Virus record (IMG/VR): IMGVR_UViG_3300010885_079087 | DNA from: an uncultured virus (IMG/VR IMGVR_UViG_3300010885_079087) | Taxonomy: Duplodnaviria; Heunggongvirae; Uroviricota; Caudoviricetes | Length of the DNA stretch: 64,000 nt | Direction: 5' to 3' (one strand) | Part shown: positions 38,516 to 48,791 of the stretch, one piece after another | Layout: each line of letters begins with the position of its first letter | Position numbering within the stretch: the first letter of the stretch is position 1 | The notes under the pieces: generated by a model | What the model was told of the DNA's origin: nothing | Database searches by the model: none | Seen by the model: only the letters and a program-made list of their open reading frames with translations | Translations under genes and position numbers: made by a program

Positions 38516-39336
38516 TGAGCATTTTTAAGAAAGCTTCCGATTTAGAAAAAATCCCAACATCAATTAGTAATGCTCTTTTTGATGATCATACTCTACAACT
38601 TGAGGATGAATTTGAAAGCTTGATTAGAGAAGCATCTGCTAACAAAGCAGAATATGAAAAAAGAGTAAAATCTTTTAAAGTAGCTGAAAAAGGTCATGAG
38701 TTTCAAAAACCTGAGCCTGCTCTTTACACAAACGGAAAAGAAGGAATTAGGAGAGCTGGATTTGGCAAAAGATACAACGATGAAAGTTCGGAATTAAATC
38801 CACATGATGTTCGATCAACAGAGCATCACCAAAGTAAATATGCTGAAAACTTATTGGCAAATGGCTTGTCAATTTGGGATGCTGAATTTGATGAAGTTCA
38901 AAGTGCTTTTGATGAGTCTCAGAAAAGACATGATCAAATTTTTGACAGAAAAGTTGCCGCACAAAAGAAACTTGAATCTCATATGCAATGGGAAAAAGAA
39001 CAATCCAGTCAAATTAGAAAATCTAATGTTCTTCCTTATAGAGGATTAGGCATCACTAGATTGGCAAATGAACAACCGTTGCATCATGATAATTTTAATT
39101 CTGTAGATGAATTCTATGCTCAAGCTAAAGATGACTTAAGAGATTTGGTAAGAAAATCAAATGAAGAAAGAAGAACATCAATATCAAGACAGGGAATTAG
39201 TCCAGAAGAAAAATTAGAAATGTGGGACGTGAAAGAAGCTATTGCCGCAAGAACAATGGCGTCACTTGAAAAAACATCGTTAATCACAAAATTTGCTGAA
39301 CAGCTTGAAGAAGAAATCGGCATTACAAGAAAATGA
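38515..39336 (+). CDS. Putative virion protein
   Basis: Starts MSIFKKAS. Confidence 0.55.
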   Translation: MSIFKKASDLEKIPTSISNALFDDHTLQLEDEFESLIREASANKAEYEKRVKSFKVAEKGHEFQKPEPALYTNGKEGIRRAGFGKRYNDESSELNPHDVRSTEHHQSKYAENLLANGLSIWDAEFDEVQSAFDESQKRHDQIFDRKVAAQKKLESHMQWEKEQSSQIRKSNVLPYRGLGITRLANEQPLHHDNFNSVDEFYAQAKDDLRDLVRKSNEERRTSISRQGISPEEKLEMWDVKEAIAARTMASLEKTSLITKFAEQLEEEIGITRK

Positions 39337-40106
39337 AAAAGTTAGCTCAGGTTAGTGTTGATGAGGCAGTGAGTATTTTAGAAAACTGCCTCTCGGAAAA
39401 TGATCCGAAAGTTATCAGGGCTCAATTAAGTACCCTGAAAAATCGAATGCAACACCCTGACTATATTAATACTATCGGAAGAATTGAACAAGCATTTAAT
39501 ATTCCTGATGGACAAGCTTTAGGTGTAGCTGTTGATCCCGATAGTAACAAACCTTATCCTAATTCTAAAGGTCTACTAAGAGATTTTATCGAACAACTTA
39601 AAGGACACAAAACGGTGAACAGTATGACATTCAATCTTAAGCAAGCCCAAAAACAAGAAAGTAAAAAGAAAAAAAGAGGGAATCCATTTAGAGTTTTAAT
39701 GGGTAAAGTGGGTAAATTACTTGACCATGGACTGAAAGACAGAGATATTTCTCGACATTTAGCAAAAGAAGGTGTTTGGGACGCAAACACTATTTCTAAA
39801 GCTGTTGAAGTGGTGAAAGAATATAATAAGAAAAAAAGAAAAAAAACACATAAAGAAGCTCAAACTCTTCTTGATACAGCGAAAGAAAATGAAAGAATGC
39901 AGATTGATTACAAAAAACGTTCTCATGCTGAACTAATCACTTCTTTGTGTTGGTTGAACTCTTTGGACAAAATGGCCTCTAAAGATAATCCAAATGGAAA
40001 ACAGGTAGAAGACCGTGATGGCGTGAAAACTATGATTAGAAAAATCAAATCTGAACTTACTCGCAGAGGCATGAAAGAAGAAGATTTGAAAAATTATTTG
40101 AAGTGA
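39333..40106 (+). CDS. Basic putative virion protein
   Basis: Lys-rich patches; KLAQ, KQAQ, KEAQ motifs. Confidence 0.55.
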   Translation: MKKLAQVSVDEAVSILENCLSENDPKVIRAQLSTLKNRMQHPDYINTIGRIEQAFNIPDGQALGVAVDPDSNKPYPNSKGLLRDFIEQLKGHKTVNSMTFNLKQAQKQESKKKKRGNPFRVLMGKVGKLLDHGLKDRDISRHLAKEGVWDANTISKAVEVVKEYNKKKRKKTHKEAQTLLDTAKENERMQIDYKKRSHAELITSLCWLNSLDKMASKDNPNGKQVEDRDGVKTMIRKIKSELTRRGMKEEDLKNYLK

Positions 40107-40109
40107 ATT

Positions 40110-41171
40110 ATGAAGAAATTAGCAGGAACTGATGTAATAGTATTGATGAAAGCAGCCATTAAATCAAATGATGTGCTAAAAGAAGCTCAAACTTTGACCA
40201 GAGCAGATTTTGATAGTGATGATTTAATTGTTAATTGTTTTTACAGAATAATGCCAGATGGATTTGCCACACAAAACTTACATACGAAACTTGCATCTTC
40301 GGACATTATTAAATCTTTAGAATCTATCAAAAAAGAAATAACCACTCAGGGTTTGAGAAAAGCATTCAATTATATTCAAAATTTAAGAGATGCTTCTGAT
40401 TCCGCAGTGAGAATGGAAAATCAAATTAATGAATTTAGAGAATCCTCTAAAAGGCTAACACTCAATAAAGCAGCAAACCTTTTGACATTTCTTTCTAAAT
40501 ATGCTGATGGAGCAAAAAATAGAGAAATTTTAGCTGCAGCTGCTAAAGAACTTAAAAGCGGTAAATTTGAAAATGCTTCTGAGCAAATTAGAACAACTTT
40601 TGCTCAAACAAATTCATTGAATACAACAAAAAATTTCAAAAAAGCATTTGTCACTGTGAGACAACAAATTGGAGAAGGATACCAAATGTGCCCGAAAGGA
40701 ATTTATCAATCAGGCAGACCTATCCCTATGGCTCTTTCAAGCTGCAGAGAATATTGCATTGATGCACGATTGAATCCTGATGGCACTGTGGGTTGTAATT
40801 ATGTTAAATGGCTTAATGACAATCTTTTAACACAAGAACAGGCATTAAATGTGCCAGATTTTGTTGAAGTGGATCAAGTTACAGTGAATCTGAAGCCTGG
40901 AGAAAGAACTAAGTTTCCTCTGTCAGATCAAGATCCACAAGACTCACAAATGATTAGAGATGAAAAGCTCACAGAAAAAATTACAACAGTACCTTGGGAA
41001 GAGCAATTAAAAGCTACACACAAAAATACAGAAAAAAGAGAAGATCCAAAATTTGCTCCTGTGGCAAGCGATTCAGCTATAGAACTTTTACTTAAAGATG
41101 TAAGAGATGTATTTGATGATGATGAGCTAGATACGCTTGAAGCTCAATTAATGGAATTGATGGGTGAATAA
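40110..41171 (+). CDS. Putative virion protein with Cys cluster
   Basis: CPK...CREYC...CNY. Confidence 0.55.
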   Translation: MKKLAGTDVIVLMKAAIKSNDVLKEAQTLTRADFDSDDLIVNCFYRIMPDGFATQNLHTKLASSDIIKSLESIKKEITTQGLRKAFNYIQNLRDASDSAVRMENQINEFRESSKRLTLNKAANLLTFLSKYADGAKNREILAAAAKELKSGKFENASEQIRTTFAQTNSLNTTKNFKKAFVTVRQQIGEGYQMCPKGIYQSGRPIPMALSSCREYCIDARLNPDGTVGCNYVKWLNDNLLTQEQALNVPDFVEVDQVTVNLKPGERTKFPLSDQDPQDSQMIRDEKLTEKITTVPWEEQLKATHKNTEKREDPKFAPVASDSAIELLLKDVRDVFDDDELDTLEAQLMELMGE

Positions 41172-41505
41172 AATGTCTTGGTATAAATTTGCCAAGCAAT
41201 ATATAAATAACTTAGACGAAGATACAATCTTTAAGATTTTTCAGGAAAGAAATAAAAATAATTTTACAAACTCTGATCAAATTCCTGACACTGAACAAAA
41301 CGATGGGCAAGATAGCAACATGGAAAATGCTTTAAATCCAGAAAGATTGAATAAAGTGGTGAACCCCAAAATGCTCAACGAAATAAGGCAACCTATTAGA
41401 ACTAAAGCTAATGGACAAGGACAAGACGCATTATTGAATGTTAATAAAGATATTCCGATATATTCTGATAATTTTATTCACACCACTGACTGGAATACAA
41501 GCTAG
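41164..41505 (+). CDS. Hypothetical protein
   Basis: MSWYKFAK leader-like N-terminus. Confidence 0.5.
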   Translation: MNKMSWYKFAKQYINNLDEDTIFKIFQERNKNNFTNSDQIPDTEQNDGQDSNMENALNPERLNKVVNPKMLNEIRQPIRTKANGQGQDALLNVNKDIPIYSDNFIHTTDWNTS

Positions 41506-41558
41506 GTTATTTAGTCTGTTTTGTGTAAAATTAATGTACAACAACTAAGGAGTAAGAT

Positions 41559-43928
41559 TTGTCTCAAGATATTAATACAATGCCCTCATTGACCTCAGTA
41601 ATGAGTTCTATGGCACAAGAAGTAATAGGTAAAACACAGGCGAGATCAGCAGATGCAGCTGAAGCCGGTAGAAGATGGGCCCAAATTAGAACAACAAAAT
41701 CTATTAGTCCAAATGGTGGGAGATATGCTCAGCTCTCTAGTTCTGGCTATTTGAATAACACTGTTACACAACCAAATTTTTATTCTCCATTCTTAACTCC
41801 TTCTTCGTTCCAGATTCCATCTACTAGAAAAGAAATTTATCTCTGGGCTAATTGGTGGCGAAATAACGAACCAAAAGTTGCTGCTGGAATTAACTTTTAT
41901 ACAAACTTCCCATTTAATGGATGGAAATTGGAATGTAAGTCTGGTGTTATAAAAGATTTTTATGAGAAGCTGATTGAGAAACTTAATTTTCAAAAGTTTT
42001 TACCTTTAATTTCAGGTTCCTACCATCTATATGGTGATGCGTTTGTTCTCACTGAAATTGATTGCCAACATTGTCATGGGACAATGATTGATCAAAAAAC
42101 TGGTGATTTGTGTGAACATAAGAATGCTACATGGAAATCTATTTCTTTGTTGAATCCTGATTCTGTAATGATCGAAGCAGGATTTATTTCTTCTATACCT
42201 AGATATTCTTATATTCCTAATGATCGAGAAATAAAAGTAGTAATGGAGGGAAATCCCCGTGAACTTTTTGAGCAAATACCTGAAGTGGTAAAAGCAAAAA
42301 TCAGATCCAAACAACCTATTCCACTTGATCCAATATGTATTCATCATTTTAAGCACGGTGCAGATTATTGGTCAGATTATGGTACATCGTTAGTTAAACC
42401 ATTATTTGTTACCTTAGCTTACAAAGATAAATTAAGACAGGCTCAATGGTTAATTGCAGAAAGACATATTATTCCCACTAAAATTGTAACAGTGGGTGAT
42501 GAAAGCAGACCTGCGTCTCAAGCTGATTTGGATTCTGTGCAAGATCAATTGGCTGCTGTGGCAAATGACCCAAATCTTACATTGGTTGTGCCTCACGCTT
42601 TTAAATATGAATTTGTTGGTGCATCTGGACAAATTCTTCAAATTTCAAATGAATTTGAATTATTAGATCAAGAAATATTAGATGGCTTGATGTTAAACAA
42701 GGCTCTTTTAAATGGAGAAGGCCCAGCTTATGGTAATGCTCAAGTGGGATTGCTTTCTATGAATGAAAGACTTGAATCATGGCGAAGAGAAGTGGCACAA
42801 TGGGTTGAGCAAAATATTTTTAAGAAAGTAGCTGAGTGGAATGATTTTTATGCTGAAGGCGAAGGTGGACAAGATGAATTAGTTTATCCTAAAATTGTGT
42901 TTGACCCATTAAGACTTAAAGATAATACAGGAACTCTTCAAATGCTTGTCACTGCTCAACAAAATGGAGTAATTTCTGCTGAAACTCTTGTGGAAGAATT
43001 TGGTCTAAACTGGGATCAAGAAGTGGAAAGATTACGTTTTGAACAAGGCATGAGCTTTGTTAACTCATCTGAAATCATGGGCACAGATATGAACATTGGC
43101 TTTGGTGGAGTGACAGGGCAAGGATTTGGAGCTGGAGCTGCCCCTGGTGGTGCTCCTTTAGGTGGCGCACCTGCTCCTATGGGAGGAGATATGGGCATGG
43201 GGGCTCCTGCTCCAATGGGAGGAGATATGGGCATGGGGGCTCCTGCTCCTGGTGCGGCACCAGCACCTCTTGCTGGTATGCCTCCTGCTACTGCTGATGC
43301 CATATATCAACACTACAAAGTGGCATCATCTTTGATGAATGAAATTTCTTATAATAGAAGTGCTATGTTGCGGCTAGATAGAGATTACAAAAATGAAATT
43401 GACAGAGAACTAAATCAAAGATCTGCTGTTACTGGTAGAGCGATGGTAGGCGAAATTCCAGAAGACTTAGAGCCTGCCACTCCTTGGAACTGGCACCCTA
43501 TTGGGGATCCAATGAACTATAATGCAGTAAAGTTAATCAGAACTTCCGCTGTTAAAGAAAAACAAACTGTCAATGGGTACACATCTTTAGAAAAGAAACT
43601 TTATCAGATTGTTATGCAAATTGGGGCACCTTTAGCTTTTTATGCTCAGTATGAGGCTGGGCCTGGTAAAGAATATATTCTGGATGGGGCATTTCCTCAG
43701 ATTAAATTGGCAGTGGAAGCAGATGGCGAAATTTGGCACAATAACCCAAGTAAAATAGAATCAGATAAGCAAAGAGATATTTCTATAGCTAAACAAGGAT
43801 GGACTGTTTTAAGATTTACTGACAAAGAAATAACAAAACAACCCCAAGATGTAGCAATGGTTATAAAACAAGCTATGCAACATCTTATGGGGTCAATAGG
43901 AAGTGGCGGACAAGCGCAAACTATTTAA
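41559..43928 (+). CDS. Portal protein with C-terminal DUF559/Vsr-like endonuclease domain
   Basis: P.VAAGIN, YGDAF, LNPD, YGTSLV, portal-like core; Gly/Pro linker; LDGAF..KLAVEADG..WH..D..RD..GWTVLRF. Confidence 0.78.
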   Translation: MSQDINTMPSLTSVMSSMAQEVIGKTQARSADAAEAGRRWAQIRTTKSISPNGGRYAQLSSSGYLNNTVTQPNFYSPFLTPSSFQIPSTRKEIYLWANWWRNNEPKVAAGINFYTNFPFNGWKLECKSGVIKDFYEKLIEKLNFQKFLPLISGSYHLYGDAFVLTEIDCQHCHGTMIDQKTGDLCEHKNATWKSISLLNPDSVMIEAGFISSIPRYSYIPNDREIKVVMEGNPRELFEQIPEVVKAKIRSKQPIPLDPICIHHFKHGADYWSDYGTSLVKPLFVTLAYKDKLRQAQWLIAERHIIPTKIVTVGDESRPASQADLDSVQDQLAAVANDPNLTLVVPHAFKYEFVGASGQILQISNEFELLDQEILDGLMLNKALLNGEGPAYGNAQVGLLSMNERLESWRREVAQWVEQNIFKKVAEWNDFYAEGEGGQDELVYPKIVFDPLRLKDNTGTLQMLVTAQQNGVISAETLVEEFGLNWDQEVERLRFEQGMSFVNSSEIMGTDMNIGFGGVTGQGFGAGAAPGGAPLGGAPAPMGGDMGMGAPAPMGGDMGMGAPAPGAAPAPLAGMPPATADAIYQHYKVASSLMNEISYNRSAMLRLDRDYKNEIDRELNQRSAVTGRAMVGEIPEDLEPATPWNWHPIGDPMNYNAVKLIRTSAVKEKQTVNGYTSLEKKLYQIVMQIGAPLAFYAQYEAGPGKEYILDGAFPQIKLAVEADGEIWHNNPSKIESDKQRDISIAKQGWTVLRFTDKEITKQPQDVAMVIKQAMQHLMGSIGSGGQAQTI
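43170..43249 (+). repeat. 36-bp tandem repeat (PAPMGGDMGMGA x2)
   Basis: Two near-identical copies in the portal linker. Confidence 0.85.
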
Positions 43929-44361
43929 TTAAATTCAAGAAAAACTTTTTAATTTTATCGAATAAAGTTTCCTTTACAGGCCATGCAATTTCAGGACTGA
44001 ATACAACAGAACCACCTGCACAGCCACAATTGCCATTGCAACCACATGTTTCTGATTCAGAAACAAGAGGAATTTCAACAATGGGCAACTTGTCTTTAGG
44101 CTCTTCAACAATTACTGGGGGAACTATCAGTTTTGTGTCAATAACTTCGACAACAGCAGGAACTTGTGCAAAAGTGGGCTTATTGGTTAGATCAAAAATT
44201 TGAAGCTTGCGTCTTTTGGCATATACTTTGGCATACTCTTCAGCCTCAAACTTTGTGTCAAAAACCTTAGCGGCTTTTTGATTAGCTGAATTTCTTACAG
44301 AAAACTTATTGTTTTCAAAATCAATATAACATACGTTTTGTGTGGGCACAGATGTGTTCAT
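43921..44361 (-). CDS. Hypothetical protein, antisense insert between portal and protease
   Basis: FDTKFEAEEYAK, CGCNGNCGC; leaderless-type promoter upstream. Confidence 0.55.
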   Translation of the reverse strand: MNTSVPTQNVCYIDFENNKFSVRNSANQKAAKVFDTKFEAEEYAKVYAKRRKLQIFDLTNKPTFAQVPAVVEVIDTKLIVPPVIVEEPKDKLPIVEIPLVSESETCGCNGNCGCAGGSVVFSPEIAWPVKETLFDKIKKFFLNLIK

Positions 44362-44391
44362 GTATATTTTATACATTTTTTTTTGAATTGA

Positions 44392-44418
44392 AGGAATAGT
44401 GAAAGTGTAAAGGAAATA
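44392..44418 (+). promoter_or_regulatory. SigH-like promoter for the protease gene
   Basis: AGGA-N17-GAAAT. Confidence 0.55.
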
Positions 44419-44428
44419 TTAATTAAGC

Positions 44429-47400
44429 ATGATTAAAAAAGGCATTAGCGGCGGAATGATTTCGGTTTATAGCTTAATTGAAAAAAATGATAGATCAGCA
44501 TTGGCGACTAACTCAATGATCAGAGTATCATCTTCAGTAAGAGAGGCAGCAAAAATTGGCCTTCAATCTCTTTATGCTAATGCCGATGAAGTTTTAGAAA
44601 AATACAAAGATTTCGACATCATTAAAGAAATGAAGTCGAGAAATGGAGCAAATTTACTTTGGGTAAGAGCAAGAGCAATAGACGCTGATGTGTGCAACAC
44701 CAATGGAGACTATTTTAGCGAAGAAGAACTTACAAAAGAAGTGGATTATCAAGGCAAAAAAATGCCTGCATATAAAACTTTTGAAGGTGTGCCCATTTAT
44801 ACTAACCACAAAAATGACAATATTGAAGAAGCTAAAGGAATGGTTGTGTATGCAGAATGGGACGATGAAGAGAAATGTGTATATTGTGTTTTCTTCATTG
44901 ATGAAGATGCTTACCCAGATATCGCTAGAGGTGTAAGACAAGCGTATATTCATGATGTAAGTATGGGCTGTTCTGTTGATGAAGGTGTTTGTTCAATTTG
45001 CGGAAACAAAGCCACCACAGAAAGAGACTATTGCGATTGTCTAAAAAAATACAAAGGCAAAATGCACCCATCAGGTAAAAAAGCATTCGAATACAATTAT
45101 GGGATTAAATTCATTGAATTGTCATGTGTGGGAGATGGTGCTTTTGAGTCTTGTGAGATTATGGAGCTGTATGACCAAGAAGAGTTGCTGCAGAAAGCTG
45201 AAAAAACTATTAAAGCAGCCCGATCACTTAATTCTTCTATAAGTTTAGCTGCGGCAATGAATAGTGATATTGCACACAAAAGAGAAGTGGAAAGCGCACT
45301 TAGACAATTAATGGATTTGAACAGTAACATTGTCAAAGTAGCACAAACTGCAGGCACACTTGTTGGAGGTCAACTTTTAGGTAATGCTGGGGCTCAAAAT
45401 GCCACTGTTGTAAAGGTTTTACAGGGTTTAGGAATTGATCCATCAAGCAGTTTAAATATTTTAGATTTAGTTAATCTTGCACTTAACTTTTTAGAAGTAG
45501 CAGTACTTAATTTATTTTCAAGAAAAGACAATATTGACTTGGGGCATGTTGCTAAGTTAACAAAAGCAATGGGAGAATTGCAAAATACACTTCAAGACAT
45601 GATTGATGATGGAATTGAATCTTCAGGACAATCTGGGGGACAACCAATGATTCCAGCACAAAATCAACAAAATATCCCTGCTGAAAACCAACAGGCACCT
45701 GTTCAACCACCACAAGGAAACGTTCCTGCTCAAACTCAATCTTTTAATTTTGAACCTTCAGTGGGAACGATGGTGTCCCCTTTTTCACAACAACCTTATG
45801 TTATGCCTTTAGGTGGAAATGTTAGTGCTAGCACAGAAAATGTAAGATTTGTGTGGGCTTCATCTAACAAAGGCGAAGATGAGGACATTCACATTGGTAA
45901 TACGCCAAAACTTAATAAGTTTGGAAGATTTGCAGTGGCCTTAAATAATTTGAGGCAAGCATGCAATATTCCTGAAATAAATAATGAGGTCAATTATATA
46001 TTGCCTCAGAAAGATAAAACATCAGCATCTAGCGGAGACAAAAATATTATGGATCACTTCAAAAAAATTGCTCAGGATTTGAAAAAAGAAAATACATTAG
46101 CATATGCGCTCGACATTAAAATAGATGACAAATCTGGCAACAGAATTGTTCTTTCTACAGACAAAGGCATCAAAGGTTTTCATAAGGGCCAATTAACAAA
46201 CTGGAAACCAAATTTGAGTGATGCACAAATTGCTCAAATGGAAAATGGAGATGGTTACAGAGTGGCTGCCGATTTGCTTAAAGATTTTGCACACACTGTA
46301 AAAACTGCTTCTGATATAGATGCTCTAATTATTATGGATAAGCACATCGAAGATGAAAGACATGATGATGAAGTTAGAATTCTTGTTGAATTAGAAAAAG
46401 AACACAAAACAGACAAGAATCTTACGATGCAAGAGCGATTAGATGCTAGAAGAGAAAACAAAGAAGTGAATACTGTTATGGATGAGCACATTGACAGTGA
46501 GAGAGAAGATACTCTTGTAAGAATTGTTTCCGAATTAAGTAAAGACGCCAAACAAAGCGTGGGCGATAAAAGTCTTGCTGAACTTCTTAATCCTGATCAT
46601 GGACATTCTGATGTTTCAGGAAAAGAAATTATGTCTTCTGTTATTAATAGTATAGCTAAAACATGTATACAAACTTCAAAATCTCCAGAAGAAGTATTAA
46701 GATTTTTAACTAAATCTGCAAGTAAGAAATCTTTTGCAAAGATTTTGAAATTGGCACGATTGGGTACCCCTGCAAGAGAATATAACTCCATCATGAAGAA
46801 ATTTTCTCAAGCTGCTCCTTTGCCAGGAGATGAGCCTTTAGTTGGTCAAGATCCAATTGGCGGAAATGTATCTGCTCCAGATGCAATGAACGCACTACCA
46901 GCACCTGATGAAATGCCAGAAACGGCAATCAAAAATATTGCAGATGAAACAGCTCCTGAGGCAACAGAAGGAGAAGTAATTGAAGCTATTGGTGTAATTG
47001 CAGATATGTTTGCTGAAGCCGCTAGCAAAATTAATGAAATTGTTGAAAAAGTAAAACCATCTGAAGTAAGCAAAAAAGACGAAATGGCAGATGCTCTTGG
47101 CGAAGAAGATATTGATTCTGATTCAATGAAAGGAGCTGTTACCGGACTTTCTCTTGCTACAGAGGACACAGGTATGGCACCAGACACAGTAGTTGATGAA
47201 GTAAACAATATGCCTGTTGGTGATTTGGCTACTGGAATTGATACTGCACGGAAACCTCAGCAAGCTATTGCCAGAAATAGAGCTAGAAAAGTTTCTGCTT
47301 CCAGACACAAAACAGATTTAAAAACCAACATCGTTGGTTGGTTAGCTGATGTTGCTAATCAAAATAAATTGTCAACAGAAAATGTTGCTTTAGCAGCAAA

Positions 47401-48664
47401 GCTTTTCTGCAGCTACAAAGAAGCAGCTATCAAAGTATTGAATAAATCCACAAGAACTTCTGAAGTAAAAGTAGTGGACGAAACATCTCATTCAACGACC
47501 ATTTATGCCACATTAGATGACATTGGTGTCAATGTTGAAGATGCTTCATTCAATCAAAAGTTCAGAGACTTTGCAGTGGATCTTTTTTCAAGATCTGGGT
47601 ACGAAGTAGACCCAACAACATTTGCTCTTACAGATATTGAAGTTTGTGCAGATGGAACGGTTTGCGGAAAAGTTTGCTCGCGAGCAACTAAGACATTTAT
47701 TCCTGAAGTAAACAACAACAGAGCAGAATCTTATTACGACATGGATAGAGACATGGTAAATATTGAGAAAAATATTCCTATGATGCCAAGTTCGCCAGAA
47801 TTAGGTGTGGGCCTTGAAATTGCAGCTATGCCTGAAGTAGTTATGTCAAGTGGCGCTAAGAAGACAAATAAGCTTGCTAGACTCAAGAGTTTGGTAAGAA
47901 TTGCACAAGGACTTGGACTTCCAGGTGCTCCAGGTGCAGCTGCAGGTGGTGCACCTCCTATGGGCGCTGGTGGAGCAGGTGCTATGGATCCAAACATTGG
48001 AGGTATGGCAGGTGGAGCCGCTGACTTAGGTGTAGGTTCATTAACAGGTTCAACACCTGATATGGGAATGGGAGGAGAACCTTCTATTGATGAATCACCA
48101 GAGCCAGGAACTAAAAAAGCATGGGGTTCAGTGTGTCCACAATGTGGTTCAACAGATGTTGATATTGCAAACGGCGAAGGTAACTGTAACTCTTGTGGAG
48201 CAAATCTTAGATTCAAATTTATTGTTGAAGTGGTGCCACCAGACGAAGGAAAAGAAAGTATGGGCGAACCAGATTTGTCCACTATGAATTCAACATTGCC
48301 ACTTAACCCTCCAACAGGCGGAATTGGTTCTCCTGAAGCTGCTTTGGGTGCCCCTGCTGCTCCAGGTGCTCCTGCTGCTCCAGCTGCTGGTATGCCTGCA
48401 ATGGCAACAAATTATAGAGTTATGACAAGAATTGCTTATCAAACTTCTGCAGATGTTTATGCTAGCGCTCTTTCAGAAACATTTACGAAAGAATCAGCTG
48501 GAAGACTTCCTGTAGGAATGATTTGCCCAAGTTGTGGCTCTAGAAGCGCATCCAAAAATTCCAAGCACACATATTGCTACGATTGTGGAACCATTTCAGT
48601 TTCTACAGTTAAAAAAGTAGCGGGTAAACCTGGAGTTCTTGAAGCAAGTATTGTATGGATTTAA
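44429..48664 (+). CDS. Prohead protease fused to a long scaffold/core region with C-terminal Zn ribbons
   Basis: NGDYF, YTNH, VSMGC, CSICG, FIELSCV in the N-terminal ~270 aa; located between portal and capsid. Confidence 0.75.
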   Translation: MIKKGISGGMISVYSLIEKNDRSALATNSMIRVSSSVREAAKIGLQSLYANADEVLEKYKDFDIIKEMKSRNGANLLWVRARAIDADVCNTNGDYFSEEELTKEVDYQGKKMPAYKTFEGVPIYTNHKNDNIEEAKGMVVYAEWDDEEKCVYCVFFIDEDAYPDIARGVRQAYIHDVSMGCSVDEGVCSICGNKATTERDYCDCLKKYKGKMHPSGKKAFEYNYGIKFIELSCVGDGAFESCEIMELYDQEELLQKAEKTIKAARSLNSSISLAAAMNSDIAHKREVESALRQLMDLNSNIVKVAQTAGTLVGGQLLGNAGAQNATVVKVLQGLGIDPSSSLNILDLVNLALNFLEVAVLNLFSRKDNIDLGHVAKLTKAMGELQNTLQDMIDDGIESSGQSGGQPMIPAQNQQNIPAENQQAPVQPPQGNVPAQTQSFNFEPSVGTMVSPFSQQPYVMPLGGNVSASTENVRFVWASSNKGEDEDIHIGNTPKLNKFGRFAVALNNLRQACNIPEINNEVNYILPQKDKTSASSGDKNIMDHFKKIAQDLKKENTLAYALDIKIDDKSGNRIVLSTDKGIKGFHKGQLTNWKPNLSDAQIAQMENGDGYRVAADLLKDFAHTVKTASDIDALIIMDKHIEDERHDDEVRILVELEKEHKTDKNLTMQERLDARRENKEVNTVMDEHIDSEREDTLVRIVSELSKDAKQSVGDKSLAELLNPDHGHSDVSGKEIMSSVINSIAKTCIQTSKSPEEVLRFLTKSASKKSFAKILKLARLGTPAREYNSIMKKFSQAAPLPGDEPLVGQDPIGGNVSAPDAMNALPAPDEMPETAIKNIADETAPEATEGEVIEAIGVIADMFAEAASKINEIVEKVKPSEVSKKDEMADALGEEDIDSDSMKGAVTGLSLATEDTGMAPDTVVDEVNNMPVGDLATGIDTARKPQQAIARNRARKVSASRHKTDLKTNIVGWLADVANQNKLSTENVALAAKLFCSYKEAAIKVLNKSTRTSEVKVVDETSHSTTIYATLDDIGVNVEDASFNQKFRDFAVDLFSRSGYEVDPTTFALTDIEVCADGTVCGKVCSRATKTFIPEVNNNRAESYYDMDRDMVNIEKNIPMMPSSPELGVGLEIAAMPEVVMSSGAKKTNKLARLKSLVRIAQGLGLPGAPGAAAGGAPPMGAGGAGAMDPNIGGMAGGAADLGVGSLTGSTPDMGMGGEPSIDESPEPGTKKAWGSVCPQCGSTDVDIANGEGNCNSCGANLRFKFIVEVVPPDEGKESMGEPDLSTMNSTLPLNPPTGGIGSPEAALGAPAAPGAPAAPAAGMPAMATNYRVMTRIAYQTSADVYASALSETFTKESAGRLPVGMICPSCGSRSASKNSKHTYCYDCGTISVSTVKKVAGKPGVLEASIVWI

Positions 48665-48703
48665 AAAAATAAAAGGAGAATAAAAAAACAATACAGAAAG
48701 ATT

Positions 48704-48735
48704 TATTTGTTTCCCGGTAAAACGGGAAACAAATA
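48704..48735 (+). promoter_or_regulatory. Perfect 13-bp inverted repeat downstream of a SigH-like promoter (48674-48699)
   Basis: tatttgtttcccg-gtaaaa-cgggaaacaaata. Confidence 0.65.
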
Positions 48736-48791
48736 GAAAAGAAAAAAATGAAATATGTAACAACAATTTCAAAAGATAGGATAACAAAAAA

